64,000 bases of DNA from the human T2T-CHM13v2.0 reference genome, Homo sapiens: assembly GCF_009914755.1 (NCBI RefSeq), contig NC_060929.1; one strand, 5' to 3'. Shown here piece after piece: positions 14,655-28,907 of the stretch (positions within the stretch are counted from its first letter, which is position 1; every line of letters starts with the position of its first letter). The notes under the pieces are model-generated. The model saw nothing but the letters and a program-made list of their open reading frames with translations. It did no database searches and was not told where the DNA came from. The translations under genes and the position numbers were made by a program.

Positions 14655-14887
14655 CCTAGTACTACCCTCAATTCCCTGACAGCATCCAATCCATAGCAAA
14701 GTCCTGCTTCCTTAAACCCTTCCCAAGATCACCTAACTCAGGCCCACATAAGTACTTCCTGACATCTTACTAAGACATCCCACAGTTCCCCATGCTGTGT
14801 GTTTCTCCTCACTTCACTGTGTCTTAAACCAACCTGTTCAGTTGCAGATGTGTTCCCAGTGGTGTTTGGTTCGAAGTCATTGGCACA
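14655..14887 (+). mobile_element. ERV1-type LTR 3' fragment (MER31/MER67-like)
   Basis: Ends gatgtgttcccagtggtgtttggttcgaagtcattggcaca, resembling the terminus of this LTR group; family uncertain. Confidence 0.45.
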
Positions 14888-15809
14888 ACCATGCCCCTAT
14901 CACTCACCCTTAATTTTTCTTTGTGTGGTAGATGACATGCTGCCACTTTCAATTTGTAAAAAATAGAAAATGTATATTCTTTTCACATTGAATCCTAGAC
15001 ACAAAGCTACCACTTGAGAATACAAATTGGTGTATGCTGTGCAAGCAAGAGGTGAAATGAACATATAAAACTAAACAAATAAGGGAGAGAAATGTCCACC
15101 TTTATCTCAGTTATTTCAAACACAGATCTAATGGGAGGCGCATCCATAGCCATCCATCATAATTGTTTCTTCCTATGTTTTGACTCTTAGCGTGCCTGGT
15201 GGAATTTTTAAAATCAATTACAGTTTCAGTCTCTGAAAAATGATCCCATGTGAGGGAATCTTTATTATCATGGATGTGATATATATTCTTGTTATTTTTT
15301 CCTTGAAAGCAGAGAAAAAATATTCTATAATCTTTAATATAGAGTGATTTATTTCTTCATTTCACCAACCAAAATTTTTTTTGGATTGAAAGAATTATTC
15401 TGCATATTGCTATCCCAGCTCCTAGTAATTTATGTGATTTTTATTCTGAACCAATTAACCAATTTACATGTTTATCCTCTCATAATTTTTGTTTGTATCT
15501 GAATTTACAAATGTAATGTCCAACTTGATTCATGATATATATTTTATAAACTGTTACTCCTTTGTGTGAATTTCAGTTAGGATTTAGAGAGAAAATACTA
15601 TTTTTCATGCCTAACAGAGTTTGCTTACTTTTCTTCATTTCCGTATATTCCTAACTAAGCACTGTTGGCCTGTAAAGAAGCCTTCATTAAGGTTCTAGCA
15701 TAAGTTGAACTATTATTCTAAACTAACCATCACCGTAAGATAACTCTAACTCAGTTACATTGAGCCATGTGTATATCCTTTCAAACTGTCTTATTAACTC
15801 TAATTTTAT

Positions 15810-17545
15810 CACTCTGTAAATTGAGTAAGATGAGTCTTCTCAGTTTGTTCATTTTCAGAATTGTTTTGGCTGTTTTAGTAACTGTGCCTTTTCATGTAAT
15901 TTTAGAATCAATTTTTGGGTATCTCCAAAAAAAGTCTTACTATTATTTAGAATAGGATTGCATTGAATTTTTAGATAAAATTGGAAAGAACTGACATTTT
16001 TTAAAAATATTGAGTCATCCAATCCATAAAGTTGGTTCATCTCCCCATTTTGTTAGATCTTCTATGATATCTTCAATCAGTGTTTCCTGGTTTTCTCTCT
16101 ACATATATCCTGTACATATTTTACTTCTTAAATTGATATCTAACTACTTCCATTTTTGTTGCTGCTATATAGGGTTTTTGTGTTGATTTTGTTTTCAAAT
16201 TCCAGTTTTTCATGGCAAGAATGAACAATATATATATTAAAAAAATTGACTTTGGACATTGGCACTGTATCCTGTAATCTTGCTAAACTCATTCACTAGT
16301 TCCAGAAATGGTTTGCTGTGCTTGTTTGCAGTTTTTTGGAATTGTCTACGTAGGCATCTGTGTCATCTGCAAATAAATATAAATTATTCCTTCTTTTCCT
16401 TTTTTATATGTATGGTTTTTCCTTTTTTTCTCCCTTTATCACAATAGCTGGGAATTCTGGTACAGTGTTAAATAACAATGGTGAGATTATATCCTTGCAT
16501 TGTTTCTAATCTTAGAAAATATTTCGTCTCCAGATACTAAGTATGAAGCTAGCTGTAGAGTTTCTTTGTTTACCTATGCCCTTTATGATGTTAGGCACTT
16601 CCGTTCTATTTCTAGCTTTTTAGTTTGTTTTATAACTTTAAGTTCAGGGGTACATGTGCAAGATGTGCAGGTTCTTGTGGTGTTTTATCATAAGCATTGC
16701 ATATTCTTCATTGCTTATTTTGCAACTATTGAGATGATCACATGTTTTTCTAAGTCTGTTAATATAATAAATTATTATATTTTTATACTATTTTTAACTT
16801 TATAACATTTAGAGTTATATTAATGTAATAAATTATACTTCTGTATTTACAAATGATGAAATATCCTTGCACTCCCAGAATGAACCCCACTTGGTCATAG
16901 TCTTTAAAATTCATTTTAAATATTGCCAGATTGAATTTGCTAATACTAAGTATTAAGTATTTCTGCATCTATGCTCATGAGAGGTAATGATCTTTAGGAT
17001 TTTGTAATATATTTGTCTAGTTTGGCTACTAACAAAACATCCATTATTTTCTGAGAGGTCGTATATAATTGCTGTTAATTATTTCATCAATGTATTGTAG
17101 AAGTCACCAATAAAACTATACTGGCCTAATGTTTTCTTTTGGGAAAGTTTTACACTACTATTTCAATTGCTTATTAAGTCTAAAGCTTTTTAGATTATCT
17201 GTTTCTCTTTCAGTGATTTTTGTAGGTAGTGTCATTCAAGAAATTCAACAACTTTACTTAAGTTGTGGAATTTATGGATAACAATTGTTTGTAGTAGTTC
17301 TATATTATCCTTGCAATGTCTATGGAATCAACAGTGAAGACCCCTCTTTATTTCCTATTGGTCATTGGTATCTTCATTTATTTTTCTTTGCTAGCATGAC
17401 TAGAACTTTATTAATTTTGCAGGTTTTCTCAAATCTGCAAAACAACAAATCTTTGGCTTCAGTAATTTTCCCTATTGTTTCTCTATTTTAAATTTCATTG
17501 ATTTCTACTCTAATTTTTATGTTTTTCTTGTACTCACTTTAGAGA
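15810..17545 (-). mobile_element. Old L1M ORF2 fragment; contains a ~55-bp L1PA 3'-end insertion at ~16617-16672
   Basis: Antisense ORF2 hallmarks (ggattgcattgaatttttagataaa, tgtgtcatctgcaaataaa, ccttgcactcccagaatgaaccccacttggtcatag); the insert reads taagttcaggggtacatgtgcaagatgtgcaggtt. Confidence 0.8.
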
Positions 17546-20318
17546 GAGAAATATTTGAAAGTTGTTCCTGCATGTAGAACAAACAGTAAACATCCTGAAA
17601 AGATTTGATAGCCAGTCTACCTTCTGTCCATCACCTATAGACACCCTCTTCCTTCTCAAGTCAAACTCAGTGGGTCAGTCATGTTCACTACTATGCTGTT
17701 ACGGAGATGGCTACGAGAGAGTGGAACCACACTGTGGAAGAAGCTTCTGTCTTCTCTGACAAGGAAGAGGAGGTGACATCTTAAGTTCTATGATAATAAC
17801 ATACAAATACATTCAATATATTTAGATTTAAGTCATATACTTCTAATAAGATAAGTTGAAAATAATTAGACTAAGCTGTTCATATGCAGAAGCATGTAGT
17901 AAGCATAACAAGATGATTTTGGAGTCTATGATGATCCTGCATACAATTTTTTTCTGGTCAAATTATTTCATTTTTTTCCAAACTGCCCTCAAGCCTACTA
18001 GATTAAGAAAAAAATAAACTATGTGATTGTTAAAAATAAAGATCAGTAAAAATATATCAACTTTCCAAATGTAAAATAATGCAGCCAGTATTCACATTGC
18101 ACAATGCTTTATTAATTGAGACATATGCATATTGGAGTTGTGCAGAGTGAGGATGTGTCTCCAATATGCATAAGTTTTTCTTAAAATAGTGAAATCTAAA
18201 GTGAGCACTCTGTTTAAGAATTAATTACAGGAGTTGTATAGTCAACGCAATATCATGTGACTTTTTATGTTTGTCATTTAATGTTCAAAGAATATCAGAA
18301 ATATAAATGTCTAGAAAGAGACAAAAATAACTGCTGGAAAATAACTTAATCTTTTGACCCACACTGTGTTCCTCCTGAGTTTCATGTTTTATTCTATTTC
18401 AGTTATTATTTTCTTTCTCCAGATGCCCTTAATTGTACTTTAACAACAGATTGCAGTTATAGTATGCACTATTCTCTTTTTATTATACCAGTTTGCTGTT
18501 CCTTAGTATATGACGTTGTTGTACCTCTGTATTTTATCCTTCGACTTTTATCTCTGTTTTAATTATTATATTTGAATACACAAAACAATGCCCAAACTGT
18601 TTTGAATGGTAAGCCGAAAAGTTCTTTTTTTTTCAAGGCAACTTTCTTCTCAGAAGCAAGCTCTCCCTATCTACGGAAATATTTTTGTATTTTCTCACGG
18701 AGCCTTACAATTTATAAGGGATTTTATTTGTTTCCACCTTTTCAAAACTGAATAATCCCTGCTATGAATCCACCATTATAAGCTCTAACAAAGATCTTCA
18801 TTGTTCACTGCAACATTATTTATGAGAACAAATTATTAGACACAACTTAATATAAAGGGCCATGATCAAATATAGACTTTGTCAACATAAATGTCTTCCT
18901 GTTAAAAAACAAGGGAGATATAGAATATATACAAAAATATATATACAGATATATATGTGCCTATTAAAAAGAATAAAGGACACTAGGACATATCAACATG
19001 GAAGCATATCATTGGTAAATCACTGAGTGAAAAACTGGGGAGTGTGTTTACCTACAGGTATATAAGGCAACAACTTTATTGTAATAAAGTACCTATCTTG
19101 GTCTGCCTGCCTATTTAGCTCTAACCTGACTCAATAATGCATAGCACATAGAAGACATTAAATAAATATTGTTTGACTCATAAATCTCTAGAAGAAGGCA
19201 ACCTAGCTATTAATCATGGTTACATCAAAAAATGAGATTATGAGGATATTTGGAGAGAGAAGCAAGATTTTTCACCCTTTTTTATATATATTATATATAG
19301 AAAGATAGTTTAGATATTTCACGACACACACACACACACACATATATTCTACAGCACATTATATGCATGTGCATTAAAATACTGCAACTATATAACGTAT
19401 TTCTATAAAATGCTAGAAAGCCAATAAATATTTGGGGAAAAAACAAAATATTAAACATACCACTTAGTAACATTAATTATTAGAGAGGCTGTAAACTTCA
19501 GTTGTCTTTGCCTTCTGAGAGGCTACAATGTAAATCCCAAAGTAGGTTGTGATGTGGCAGCCTTAGTTCAATATTCCAGATAAATCTAAAATTTAGCATT
19601 GTGGTATCCATTGGTTTAGAGTGGCTTTGAAGACTTTATAGCTTATACATAACCATGAAAAGGGGATGAATTCCTGGTATATTTTAGGGAAGACAATTAT
19701 TTGTACACCAACATTAACATTGCCTCAACAACTTAGATGAAATGGTACTAACACATTGTCGATGAAATTTACTGACCAAGAAAACTTGGCCTTCAAGCAC
19801 TCTTCTTTCAAAAAAGTCTAACTCCAAATATCGTTTGCATATAAGCAAATCACAGTGGTTTTCCAGAGAAGCATGGCAGGAATTCCTTTTATGGTCGATG
19901 CTACTGGGGATTTCTGTAACAGGTGGTGCATAGATCATAAAGAAAAATAAAAAGCAATATGAAAAAAGTAAGCAAACATTAAATTCCAAAAATATTCTGT
20001 ACCATACCCTAGCTGATGTTTTTATCCTTTCACTCTATTTAGGTGGAGAGAATCCTTCATTTTTTTAAATTAAAAAAAGCAGAAAGTCTTAAGGTGATTT
20101 CTCCATACAGAAGTATTAAAAGGGTCAATTTGTCCTCTACTTCATTCATTCAGATATTTCCCCATATAACAAATATTCATTAAACATCAATTTTATCCCA
20201 GGCTCTGTCATAGGTTGTGAATACACATTTCAACAGTAATGATGAAGCCCAACTTTCTAGGACTTTCCTGCCGAAGTATTCCCTTTATTTTAGGGAGAAA
20301 AAACAAAAACAACCATGC

Positions 20319-20365
<47 letters not shown>

Positions 20366-20475
20366 GTGTGCTTATTTATATATAAATTATATAGATTATA
20401 TATAAATTATATTATTAAATTAATATATAATAAATAATATATAATATATAATATAAAAAAAATTTTATATATAAT
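20319..20475. repeat. (TA)n(TG)n microsatellite plus AT-rich low-complexity tract
   Basis: Directly visible. Confidence 0.9.
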
Positions 20476-20911
20476 TTATGACTCCCCAGATGTGTAATTA
20501 CTAATACTGTACTGTTCACCAGAACCCTTACCAATAACATAAACAATCGATTAACACATATTTTTATGTTATATATATCATATACTGTATCCTTACAATA
20601 AGGTAAACTAGAGAAAAGAAAATGTTAATTAGGGAAATCATAAAAAAGAGAAAATATATCTCCTATTCATTAAGTGGAAGTGAATTATCATAAAAGTTTT
20701 CTTCCTTGTCACCTTCACATTGAGTAGGCTGAGGAAGAGGAGGAAGTGGGGGAGCTGGTCTTACTGTCTCGGGGTGGCAGAATCCAAAAAGGTGGAGAAG
20801 GTGGAAAGGGAGGTAGGAGAGGCAGGCACACTCTGGGTAACTTTTACTGAAAAACATCTTCCTATAAGTAAATTTGTGCAGTTCAAATCTGTGTCATTCA
20901 AGGATTAACTG
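20476..20911. mobile_element. Tigger2a-like TcMar DNA transposon; only one terminus recognisable
   Basis: ccttaccaataacataaacaatcgattaacacata, ttcacattgagtaggctgaggaagaggagg; terminal gcagttcaaatctgtgtcattcaaggattaactg. Confidence 0.8.
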
Positions 20912-23024
20912 TGCTAAACGTATTATAAAACCATAAGTAGTTTGTTTCATTTTAGGTTAGAGATTTTAAATATATACTAGTAAATATCAATAAGCTTAAT
21001 ATAATTTTCTCTTGAAATGTTTAGCTGCAAATGTAGGCATGAGACAGACAGACAACCAAGTTTATCCAGTTTTTTATATTGGTGAGAAAAATGGAGGTGA
21101 GAAATGTAATGATGTTCACAAAAGGATGAATCTAAATAGGGTTTATGGAATCTAAGCTGAGTAAGGAGAGAAATGAACGTGGACAGTCAGTCATCTGGAT
21201 CCATAGGTTGAAGATCTCAATGACATAGAACATCTTTACATGGGGACATTTGTTAGAGCAAGTGAGGAGGAATTATTGTGTTATGTGGATGTGGTCAGGA
21301 AGTGGAACTTCAAGTGCAAATCCTGGGACTTCATCTCGTTCTCCTGACTATGAACTGACTTCTAATTTGCTCTCAACACTTTGGACTCTGACCTAAGAAT
21401 TTGATGCCTAATTTTTAATTAGGTTTCCTGTTGTTACTGTTGTTTTAGAGTGTTCAGCTGTGCATACACGCATGCACAGAATTCACTCTAATTCATTTTG
21501 AAAGGTATAGACTTAAGAGATATTCAGAATTCACAGAATTACTGCATAGCTAGAGAGAAATTTTCTAGGCTAAATTTTTAAGACCAAGAATTACACCAAA
21601 ATACCCTGGCAAAGATGCAGACACTGTCATGTTGTAAGCCTCACATAATACCACTGTCAGGCAGCTGCCACCACCACCCCCAACACCTGGATCAGCAAAT
21701 GGCATGTGCCTGTTCCCTCAGTTAGCTCATGTCTTACCCAAAGCCTACCATGTGGGCACTGATTGGTGGAAATTAAATGACAAGTTTTCTCTCCACAGAC
21801 ATGGGAAGCTGGGATGTCTGTTGCTTTGTGATTCCATGATAGACTTGACAACACAGAAACTACCACAATGTGAGGAAGGTGCGCAAGGGGCTTCTGGAAG
21901 ACTTTAAAAAGACTCAAAGGGAAGAGCTTAAGTTACTTATTCCAATAGCAAAATGTGCTGTTATCCATGTTGTTTAAAGACCTTGCTCTACAAGTTTGTC
22001 TTTATCATACTGTACAATTATCTATACAGTACTAAATACAGAAGAGTGTTCAGTAATGATAAGTGTGTGACGATGAGATTACATTAGGAGAGACAAATAT
22101 GTGTTACCCAGTCATTCTACCCACACAGACTATGTATGTAGATTTTTTTAAAAAGTGACTACTTTTCAGAACACTTTCCAAACTGTATTCTAAATGACAA
22201 ATGCCCAGTTAGTTCATAATATATGTAGTTTAAAATATTTCAGATCGAAACACAGGGAAATGCCCTGGCATGCTTCCTGTGAGAGAATTATTAGACTCCA
22301 GAAAGCAGGAGACTAATTCATGATACTAATCTAGAAAAAAGTGTGAGTTTCAAATTATAAAGCCAAGCTATCAAGTGGAATGAGGTTTAAAGCCTTTACA
22401 TTTTATATTTATTTTTGCCTCACTTAACCAAATACCTCAGATGAGTGCATATTTTTAGCCTAAACTTACACCATAATTACCTCAATTCTGGATCACACTG
22501 CCAATGTATAACTATTAGTATGTTACCAGAGGAAAGTTGGAGAAACAATTCTGGTAAAACATTTTTTTATGTGAGAGAGAGAAACCCTGTAATTTTCAGC
22601 AAAATGATTACATAAAGAGCTACCTATAATTTTATTTAATTGTACCTTTTTATTTCATTTTGTCAACCTAGCTTTTTTTCACCCTTGTCTCAAAAGAAAG
22701 ACATTACAACTATGTTCAAAGCAAAGTTTTCAGGGATATTTACATAGTTAACTGTTCTCAATTTATGTCTAAGATTACAGCATTTTAAACAACTAGCAGA
22801 GAATGTAAAACTCATAATAGCAATATTTTCCTTAGGTACAGGTACAGAGAGACCTCTCCTTTCAAATATTGAACATAAAAGTATTAATCATGAGTTACAT
22901 ATAAGTAAAATTAATAAGACTGTACATTAATTATGAATAATAGGCTATATGGCAACAAATGCAAATATAACCCTATAGATTACCATCAACATATCAAACT
23001 ATATAATCCACAATATGTTAAAAG

Positions 23025-23767
23025 TCCATGTTGCGGCATAATATTTCATTGTACATATGTATCACATTTTCTTTATCCATTACAATCACCTGCTGATGGG
23101 TAATTAGGTTATTTCCATATGTTAACTGTTGTGAATGCTGCTGCAATATAAATGGGAGTGCAGAATCTCTTTAGGATCCTTGTTTCAATTCATTTGGATA
23201 TATACCCAGAAGTGGAATTGCTGAATCATATACTAGTTCTATTTTTATTTTTTACAGGGCCCCCATATTGTTTCCCAAAACAAGTGTACCATTTTACATT
23301 TCACTAATATTTCTACATCCTCACCAATATGTGTTATCTTTTGTTTATTAATAATAAGTGAAATTAGCCAGTCTTACAAAGACGAATCCTGTATGATTTC
23401 ACTTATATGAGGTTATCTAAATAGAGAAACATGGAGGTAGAGAATTGAATGGTGGTTTCCTGGGAATGGGAGGGGGAAATAGAGGATTGTTCAGCAGATA
23501 TAAAGTGTTAGTTTTGCCAGATAAGTAAGTGTGGAAATCTGTACAACATAGTGCCTAAAACTAACACCATGGTATTGTGCACTTAAACATGTATAGAGTG
23601 TAGATCTCAAGTTAAGCATTCTTGCCACAGAAAGGACACAAGGAAACTTATGGATGTGATGGATTTACATGTATTACCTTGGTTGTGCTGAGAGTATCAG
23701 CAGTGTATTCATCTGATAGTATACATTAAATGTGCATATCAATTATACCTCCATAAGCTGTTAAAAA
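23025..23767 (+). mobile_element. Old L1MB-like 3' end with 5' inversion (inverted ~23025-23355, sense ~23355-23767)
   Basis: Antisense segment (ggatatatacccagaagtggaattgctgaatcata) joined to a sense 3' UTR (taagtgaaattagccagtc...caattatacctccataagctgttaaaaa); TSD-like aaaagtccat (23020-23029) / aaaattccat (23764-23773). Confidence 0.8.
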
Positions 23768-23814
23768 TTCCATTATGAAACTTTCCTTTGTTGTTGCTAC
23801 ATAGAGAAAAGGTG

Positions 23815-24045
23815 ATGGTGAAGAATGCTGATTATTAAATCAGTTTTCCTGAGTTCAAAGCCAGCTCTACTGATGATACCCTCATGAGCAACACCAAATT
23901 CTTTAATATTTCTGTTTCCTCATCTGTAAAGGAAGGATTATATTAGTACCTACTTCATAGGATTGCTGTGATGCTTAAATAAGAAAATACATGTAAAGGA
24001 CAGAAACCAGTGGCTGGCACATTTTGGAATCCCTACACAGGTTAG
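23815..24045 (+). mobile_element. MIR SINE
   Basis: Core tctgtttcctcatctgtaaaggaaggattatattagtacctacttcataggattgctgtga. Confidence 0.85.
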
Positions 24046-24236
24046 ATTTTTAAATTAAGTGTCCACCTTTAGAAATATTTTTCATGACTCACTGACAGAT
24101 TTTTCCATTTATATATTTTGTTCCTGGAAGACATAAAACTATATCTTCAGTGCATACTCAGTTAACACATCAATGTTCTATTCATACTACTTAAAAATTC
24201 TAGAGCTTTACATGAAGTTTATTTATTCACCTAGAT

Positions 24237-24468
24237 GAGTGGCTGGCACCCTTTTTCTGCATAGGGCTAGTGAGTTAAGATTTTAGTATTTGCAGGCCAT
24301 ACGGTTTCCGGCACAACTACTCAACTCTGCCATTATAGTGCAAAAGCTGCCCTAGATAATACTGAATCAAGTAGGTGTAGCTGCAATCTCATGACACTTT
24401 ATTAAAAAAAAAAAAAAAAGCAAGCAGCAAGCCAGATCTGGCCTATGCGTGTAGTTGTCTGACCCCTG
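24237..24468. mobile_element. MER58A hAT-Charlie MITE
   Basis: caactactcaactctgccattatagtgcaaaagc; terminus gtagttgtctgacccctg; 8-bp TSD acctagat / atctagat. Confidence 0.9.
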
Positions 24469-26963
24469 ATCTAGATATTTGAAAAAATGAAAATAAAGTG
24501 CTCAAATATTTCAACCCTATTTAACCTTTTCTAAGGGAAATAAATTCAATGAAGCTCTTTGAGTATCACAATTGCACTCTGTGAGTATATGTATCTAAAC
24601 CCTGAATTCACATTAAATAAAACAAGTATAAGCAATAGTCTGAAAATTCTGTTTTGTGTTAACAAACACAAAGAAGAGCTTTTAGAGTTTATAAGACTAG
24701 AGAAACGTGCCTGATTCAACACTTAAAAGATGGAAGTAACGCAAGTTGTTACTCTCATATGTTTCTCTCTACTTACCATATGAAGATCAAACACAGTATA
24801 TGCATTATTTAAAAAATACCATTAGTGTATTATTAATTCAATATTTATAACTGTTAAAATGTTATGATAGAAAATCCTAATTGTCAAGTATAACGTTTTC
24901 TAAAATAAAAAGCAGCTAAATCTATCCAATCAGAGCCTGACTTAATAGAGATATGTCCATAACCACAATCAATGGAGTGGTGACCTTACTCAAAAGGTCA
25001 CTGCATTAGTAGTGCCTCTCATGAGAGATGATGGCAAATTTGTGCATTTTTGAAAATGATAAACGAAAGAGAAACTAAAACCATTTTAGAAAAATCTGAA
25101 TATCAACAATACAAAATAAAATATATATCATCTTGATTTTTTTAATTGTGTTTTGTTCTGTTTTAGGCTAAATTCTTGAGGTAATTGCCCAAACTTTCCA
25201 TTTAATTTTTCAAAGTATGCCTAAGTGTGTAAGGAAAATAAATAACTGGAAGGCTGGCTACTATGCAGGTTTTGGCTTTTACTTCCTGGGGCCCAGCACC
25301 TTCCCAATTACCCAACATGTAGAAGACACTAACCTTGTGTAGAGTGTAGCAGGGGGAGACGGCATGGACCGTACTTCCCAAAACATGACTGCACATTCCC
25401 TTGCAGGCTACTTCTGAACAGTAGAGTCCCAAACACTGAAAGTATCTCTGAGGACTTTTCAAAGGGTTTAATCCTCCTGTGCATTCACCAGCAAATACCT
25501 AGGCCTCAAGGAACAGATTTGATTTCCTAAGCTTTTTCTGTCTACACTAGAAAAGTTGATTATTATGCAGAGGGAGGACACATAGCCTCGTGTCCTGGAT
25601 GGACAGCTCCACTGGCTTCTACTAGAAAGGACGGATGTCAGTCTTCATTATGAGAACACATTCCTTCTCACCATAGCTCTCATCCTGAATTCCAACCCCC
25701 AACAGATGTCTGTACATTGAAGACTGGTGTTTACCTCTCTGTGATTTCCAATACCGGGGCCAATTTCACTGACCAATAACTTCTGAATTGTTGAAGGGCT
25801 GCTACTAGACCCCTGCCCAAGTCTTTCACTTTAATAGGATACAACTAGGAGTTTACTACATCCCCTCCCCTCCTCATGGTGACTCCTTGGCACTTTCTAT
25901 GTAACTCTTCTATGATCCCTACCTAGCAGCTTCTCTCTCTCCACTAGATAGCCCTTCAATCCAAACCAGTTCTAGAGCTGGAGACACCTGGTATTTCTGT
26001 ATTCTGTTCAAACATTAGAGCAATATCAAATCCTAGACAGACAGACAGGTAGATACAGAGATGGACAGAGAGAGAAATATATAAAGAAATTGCTTCAAAT
26101 CTTTTGTCTAATCTAGTTCACATTTATGAAACACAATACAAGTCAAAAAGAGAGAGAAAAATAATTACTTCATTCAGATGATAGTAATGGAGATCCAAGG
26201 ATATTTGTCAACAATTCCACCCAAAATTGAGTAAAGGATTTTTTGGGGCAATTTTCTACTCATTGTTTATGTATACATTTAATAAGAACATATTGTATTG
26301 CTATCTAAATACATTTTGTATTCTACATTTTTGTATAGTTTTCCTGTTTACTACTGCCTCTTTTATCTTATAGACATATCTAACCCTTTAATCTCACCTG
26401 TATTCCCAGGCATTAACTAGCATTTGTGGATTATACACATTGCTCTCCAAGCACAAACAATGTACACAATTAATATGTATGTAAAAGAATGTGTTTTTTT
26501 GGTCTGTGTTTTAAAAGTGGGATCATGTGGTCTCTATTTCTCTAGTTCTCAAATTTCTTGAGCTAATTCACATAAGAAGGCTCACATGGAATCTTACTTC
26601 ACATGAAAATCACCAAATTTTTTAACATCTCTGCCCTCTATTTCTTAACTATCAATACATCAAGAAGCTACTTTCTGGTCATTTACAATGTTTTAATTCT
26701 ATATGTAAATTTGCATCTGAGAAATAATTTTTACCAAAAATAAAGAAAAAAGAAAAGAAAATCTTTCCTCCTTAGAAATCAAAATATCTAGTTACAAAAT
26801 AACACAGGTTCCTGCCACTACTACACACACATACAATTATGAAATTTGAAGACATTTTTGTCTTAATATTACATATTTGGAGTTGGACAAAATACACTTA
26901 ATTCCAGTGACATTATAATTCACTCAATGGATGGAAATAAAAACCTAATTATCTGTGATTTAA

Positions 26964-28050
26964 CCCACTACTTCTCAAAGTGTAGTCTATAAATACATAG
27001 TTGGTCCACAATCTCTTACCTGTCTGCCATAACTTAAGTATAGAAGTTGACAGCATTTCAAGGTATTTCTGGTACTTTGGAGAAGAATTTCATGGTTGCT
27101 GAGTCACAAGACCAAGATATTGGCTTGTATTTTATATGTCTTTTTTCCTCCAACTTGATTTCCTCCAATCAAGATATAATTGACAAATAATAATTTTATA
27201 TGTTTAAGCTGTATAAGATGTCTTGATATACATATACATTGTGAAAGAATTACCATAATAAATCAAATTAAAATACTCATCATCTCACACAGTAAACCTT
27301 TTTCTTTTTTTGTGGTAACGATATTTAGTATCTACTGTCTTTGCAAATTTTATATATACAATGCTTCATTATTAACTATAGTTACCATGCTGTACATTAG
27401 GTATCCAGAATTTATTCATCTTATTGTACCCTTTGACCAATAACTCCCCATTTCTCCCTATCCACAACCATTGGTAACCAGCCTCCTACTCTCTGTTTCT
27501 ATAAGTTCAACTTTTTTAGAATCCACATAAATGCAAGATCATGCAGTATTTGTCTTTTCATGTTTGGCTTATTTCACTCAGCATAACGTTCTACAGGTTT
27601 ATTCCTGTTGTTACCAATGGCAGGATTTCCTTGGTTTTTAAGGTTAAAAAGTATCCCACTGTGTGTGTGTTTATGTGCATATTACATTTTTAAATCTATT
27701 CATCTATTGATGAACACATAGGTTGTTTCCATATCTTGGCTATTGTGAATAATGCTGCAGTGAACATGGGAGTGCAGAAATCTCTTTGAGATTAGTGATC
27801 TTATTTCCTTTGGATATATATCCAGATGTGGAATTGCTAGTCATATGGTAGTTTTATTGTTTAATTTTCTGAAGATCCTCTATTCTATATTCCATAATGA
27901 CTATATGAGTTTGCATTCCCACATATGTCTTTGTTATTTTATTTCTGCTCTGTGGCAGATTAGGAAAGCGCACACACGCACACACACACACTCACACACA
28001 CAAACACACACACACTTTCTCTGAACCACAGAAAGTCTGAGAGGCAGAGC
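26964..28050. mobile_element. hAT-Charlie element (Charlie4a-like), split by an L1MA insertion
   Basis: Left end cactacttctcaaagtgtagtc, right end accacagaaagtctgagaggcaga; the sequence is continuous across the L1 TSD. Confidence 0.55.
27144..27922 (-). mobile_element. L1MA8/9-like 3' end
   Basis: Antisense 3' UTR (attaactatagttaccatgctgtacattag, ggcttatttcactcagcataacg); TSD atatgtcttt at 27134-27143 and 27923-27932. Confidence 0.9.
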
Positions 28051-28825
28051 TCTATGGCAACAGTCATCAATCTTCACGTTATACACTACTGTTCAGTATT
28101 TTAAAACCTCTGTTATACTCTTGTAAAACAATAATTACATGATATTTACTATAAGTATCTACTACATGCTGAGTATCATGGAAAAGTATACAAAGTGATA
28201 AGACATGTCTATAATCTGGGTAGGTAAGAACAGAGGCAGAGGAAACAATTGGGAAACTCAGACGCTTTGTAATGAAGACCTATGGTGGGCTCTAGATGAA
28301 CCTTCATCATCAGAAGCAGCTGAAAATTCTTTTAATGCTTTCTTATTCTATCTCAAGCTAACAAAGGGCACAAAAATTGATATTCATCATGCTCTTTTTT
28401 AAACCTAACAACTGTTCAAACAGACATTGAGAACACTGGCATTTCAGTAAAATCCTTAATATTTGTGAATCCAGTTTTTCTTTCTTTCTCCACCAACAGG
28501 TCTTTTTGCAATGGTCAGAGAAAAGAAGAGCAGAAAAGTCCCAAATCATTTATAACACTCAAACAAATAAAACAAATAAAATGCACCTTTGGAATCTCAC
28601 TTCACCTCATAAAGTGACTTCACACTTCACCTCATGAAATAATGAAAAACAAAATCCTCTTTTTGTCAGCAATTTGGACTCAGTAAGACTGTATTAAACC
28701 AATTGCTTTAAGACAAAAACATCTTTGTCATCCTACAAGAGATGAGAACTGACAGATCCAAGGGGGGAAAGAGGAATGCTCTTATTGTTTATGCTTCACA
28801 CCTCACAGCTTTATCCTCAAGCCAG

Positions 28826-28827
<2 letters not shown>

Positions 28828-28866
<39 letters not shown>

Positions 28867-28907
28867 CACACACACATGCCTGCACGTGCGCGCGCGTGCA
28901 CACACAC
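28828..28907. repeat. (CA)n tract with an embedded (CG)n run
   Basis: cacaca...tgcacgtgcgcgcgcgtgcacacaca. Confidence 0.95.

Noticed and set aside
28598-28635. 13-bp direct repeat cacttcacctcat
   Set aside because: Only two copies; an ordinary micro-duplication, not an array.
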